Below are positions 61,401-64,000 of a DNA stretch of 64,000 nucleotides, piece after piece (within the stretch, counting starts at the first letter, position 1; every line of letters starts with the position of its first letter). The notes under the pieces are model-generated. The model had not been told where the DNA came from. It did no database searches and saw only the letters and a list, made by a program, of their open reading frames with translations. Location of the stretch: contig OZ024742.1 of the NCBI GenBank assembly GCA_964016885.1, forward strand, positions 374,666,001 to 374,730,000, given 5' to 3'. The position numbers and the translations under genes were made by a program. This DNA is from Eledone cirrhosa (taxonomy: Eukaryota).

Positions 61401-64000
61401 GTTCTGGGGATAGATAGACAGCTAAGATGACCGTGTCTCACTCATAGGACTGTCATGTTCTGGGGATAGATAGACAGCTAAGATGACTGTGTCTCACTCA
61501 TAGGACTGTCATGTTCTGGGGACAGACAGATAGCTAAGATGACTGTGTCTCACTGATAGGACTGTCATGTTCTGGGGATAGACAGACAGCTAAGATGACT
61601 GTCTCACTCATAGGACTGTCATGTTCTGGGGATAGATAGACAGCTAAGATGACTGTGTCTCACTCATAGGACTGTCATGTTCTGGGGATAGACAGCTAAG
61701 ATGACTGTGTCTCACTGATAGGACTGTCATGGTCTGGGGATAGATAAACAGCTAAGATGACTGTGTCTCACTCATAGGACTGTCATGTTCTGGGGATAGA
61801 CAGCTAAGATGACTGTGTCTCACTGATAGGACTGTCATGTTCTGGGGATAGATAGACAGCTAAGATGACTGTGTCTCACTAATAGGACTGTCATGTACTG
61901 GGGATAGACAGACAGCTAAGATGACTGTGTCTCACTAATAGGACTGTCATGTTCTGGGGATAGACAGACAGCTAAGATGACTGTGTCTCACTGATAGGAC
62001 TGTCATGTTCTGGGGATAGACAGCTAAGATGACAGTGTCTCACTGATAGGACTGTCATGTACTGGGGATAGACAGACAGCTAAGATGACTGTGTCACACT
62101 CATAGGACTGTCATGTTCTGGGGATAGACAGACAGCTAAGATGACTGTGTCTCACTCATAGGACTGTCATGTTCTGGGGATAGATAGACAGCTAAGATGA
62201 CTGTCTCACTCATAGGACTGTCATGTTCTGGGGATAGACAGACAGCTAAGATGACTGTGTCTCACTCATAGGACTGTCATGTTCTGGGGATAGACAGACA
62301 GCTAAGATGACTGTGTCTCACTCATAGGACTGTCATGTTCTGGGGATAGACAGACAGCTAAGATGACTGTGTCTCACTCATAGGACTGTCATGTTCTGGG
62401 GATAGATAGACAGCTAAGATGACTGTCTCACTCATAGGACTGTCATGTTCTGGGGATAGACAGACAGCTAAGATGACTGTGTCTCACTCATAGGACTGTC
62501 ATGTTCTGGGGATAGACAGACAGCTAAGATGACTGTGTCTCACTCATAGGACTGTCATGTTCTGGGGATAGATAGACAGCTAAGATGACTGTCTCACTCA
62601 TAGGACTGTCATGTTCTGGGGACAGACAGACAGCTAAGATGACTGTGTCTCACTGATAGGACTGTCATGTTCTGGGGATAGACAGACAGCTAAGATGACT
62701 GTGTCTCACTCATAGGACTGTCATGTTCTGGGGATAGATAGACAGCTAAGATGACTGTCTCACTCATAGGACTGTCATGTTCTGGGGATAGACAGACAGC
62801 TAAGATGACTGTGTCTCACTCATAGGACTGTCATGTTCTGGGGATAGACAGACAGCTAAGATGACTGTGTCTCACTCATAGGACTGTCATGTTCTGGGGA
62901 TAGACAGACAGCTAAGATGACTGTGTCTCACTCATAGGACTGTCATGTTCTGGGGATAGATAGACAGCTAAGATGACTGTCTCACTCATAGGACTGTCAT
63001 GTTCTGGGGATAGACAGACAGCTAAGATGACTGTGTCTCACTCATAGGACTGTCATGTTCTGGGGATAGACAGACAGCTAAGATGACTGTGTCTCACTCA
63101 TAGGACTGCCATGTTCTGGGGATAGATAGACAGCTAAGATGACTGTCTCACTCATAGGACTGTCATGTTCTGGGGACAGACAGACAGCTAAGATGACTGT
63201 GTCTCACTGATAGGACTGTCATGTTCTGGGGATAGACAGACAGCTAAGATGACTGTGTCTCACTCATAGGACTGTCATGTTCTGGGGATAGATAGACAGC
63301 TAAGATGACTGTGTCTCACTAATAGGACTGTCATGTACTGGGGATAGACAGACAGCTAAGATGACTGTGTCACACTCATAGGACTGTCATGTTCTGGGGT
63401 TAGACAGACAGCTAAGATGACTGTGTCTCACTCATAGGACTGTCATGTTCTGGGGATAGATAGACAGCTAAGATGACTGTCTCACTCATAGGACTGTCAT
63501 GTTCTGGGGATAGACAGACAGCTAAGATGACTGTGTCTCACTCATAGGACTGTCATGTTCTGGGGATAGACAGACAGCTAAGATGACTGTGTCTCACTCA
63601 TAGGACTGTCATGTTCTGGGGATAGACAGACAGCTAAGATGACTGTGTCTCACTCATAGGACTGTCATGTTCTGGGGATAGATAGACAGCTAAGATGACT
63701 GTCTCACTCATAGGACTGTCATGTTCTGGGGATAGACAGACAGCTAAGATGACTGTGTCTCACTCATAGGACTGTCATGTTCTGGGGATAGACAGACAGC
63801 TAAGATGACTGTGTCTCACTCATAGGACTGTCATGTTCTGGGGATAGATAGACAGCTAAGATGACTGTCTCACTCATAGGACTGTCATGTTCTGGGGACA
63901 GACAGACAGCTAAGATGACTGTGTCTCACTGATAGGACTGTCATGTTCTGGGGATAGACAGACAGCTAAGATGACTGTGTCTCACTCATAGGACTGTCAT
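13423..64000. repeat. Satellite array, 56-bp consensus monomer (50/52/54/56-bp variants), roughly 900 head-to-tail copies, extending past the window end
   Basis: Consensus TTCTGGGGATAGAYAGACAGCTAAGATGACTGTGTCTCACTCATAGGACTGTCATG (e.g. CTGG at 38641 and 38697 = 56 bp). Length variants come from +/- one GAYA unit and +/- one GT. Single orientation throughout, with no non-satellite insertion seen. Copy number is estimated as ~50.6 kb / ~55 bp. Confidence 0.99.

Noticed and set aside
13423-64000. CRISPR-like array
   Set aside because: Units are contiguous with no unique spacers, there are no cas genes, and the context is eukaryotic.

Overview
Eukaryotic (animal) DNA, probably an octopus/coleoid cephalopod, judged from its SINE and RTE repeat types (inference). 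Bases 1-13.4 kb are a repeat-dense, intron-like region with one clear host coding exon (6819-7507, +), which I recognise as FBXO33-like. The region also holds a complete 2.44-kb non-autonomous Helitron (4268-6707, -) that keeps the STPR-repeat N-terminus of RepHel, a probable second Helitron 5' part, four 5'-truncated RTE-clade LINEs in a nested inverted (A+ B+ B- A-) order, and several tRNA-derived SINEs. One RTE family carries a C4HC3 PHD-like finger inside its RT region. From about 13,423 to the window end (>50.5 kb, roughly 900 copies) is one uninterrupted head-to-tail satellite with a 56-bp consensus monomer (TTCTGGGGATAGACAGACAGCTAAGATGACTGTGTCTCACTCATAGGACTGTCATG; 50/52/54-bp variants). 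It has a diverged edge, a homogeneous interior and nested higher-order periods (268, 722, 1158, 1610, 2412, 3902, 4650, 5037, 6195 and 13133 bp). I found no downstream FBXO33 exon before the array, so the array may lie inside a giant intron of this gene.
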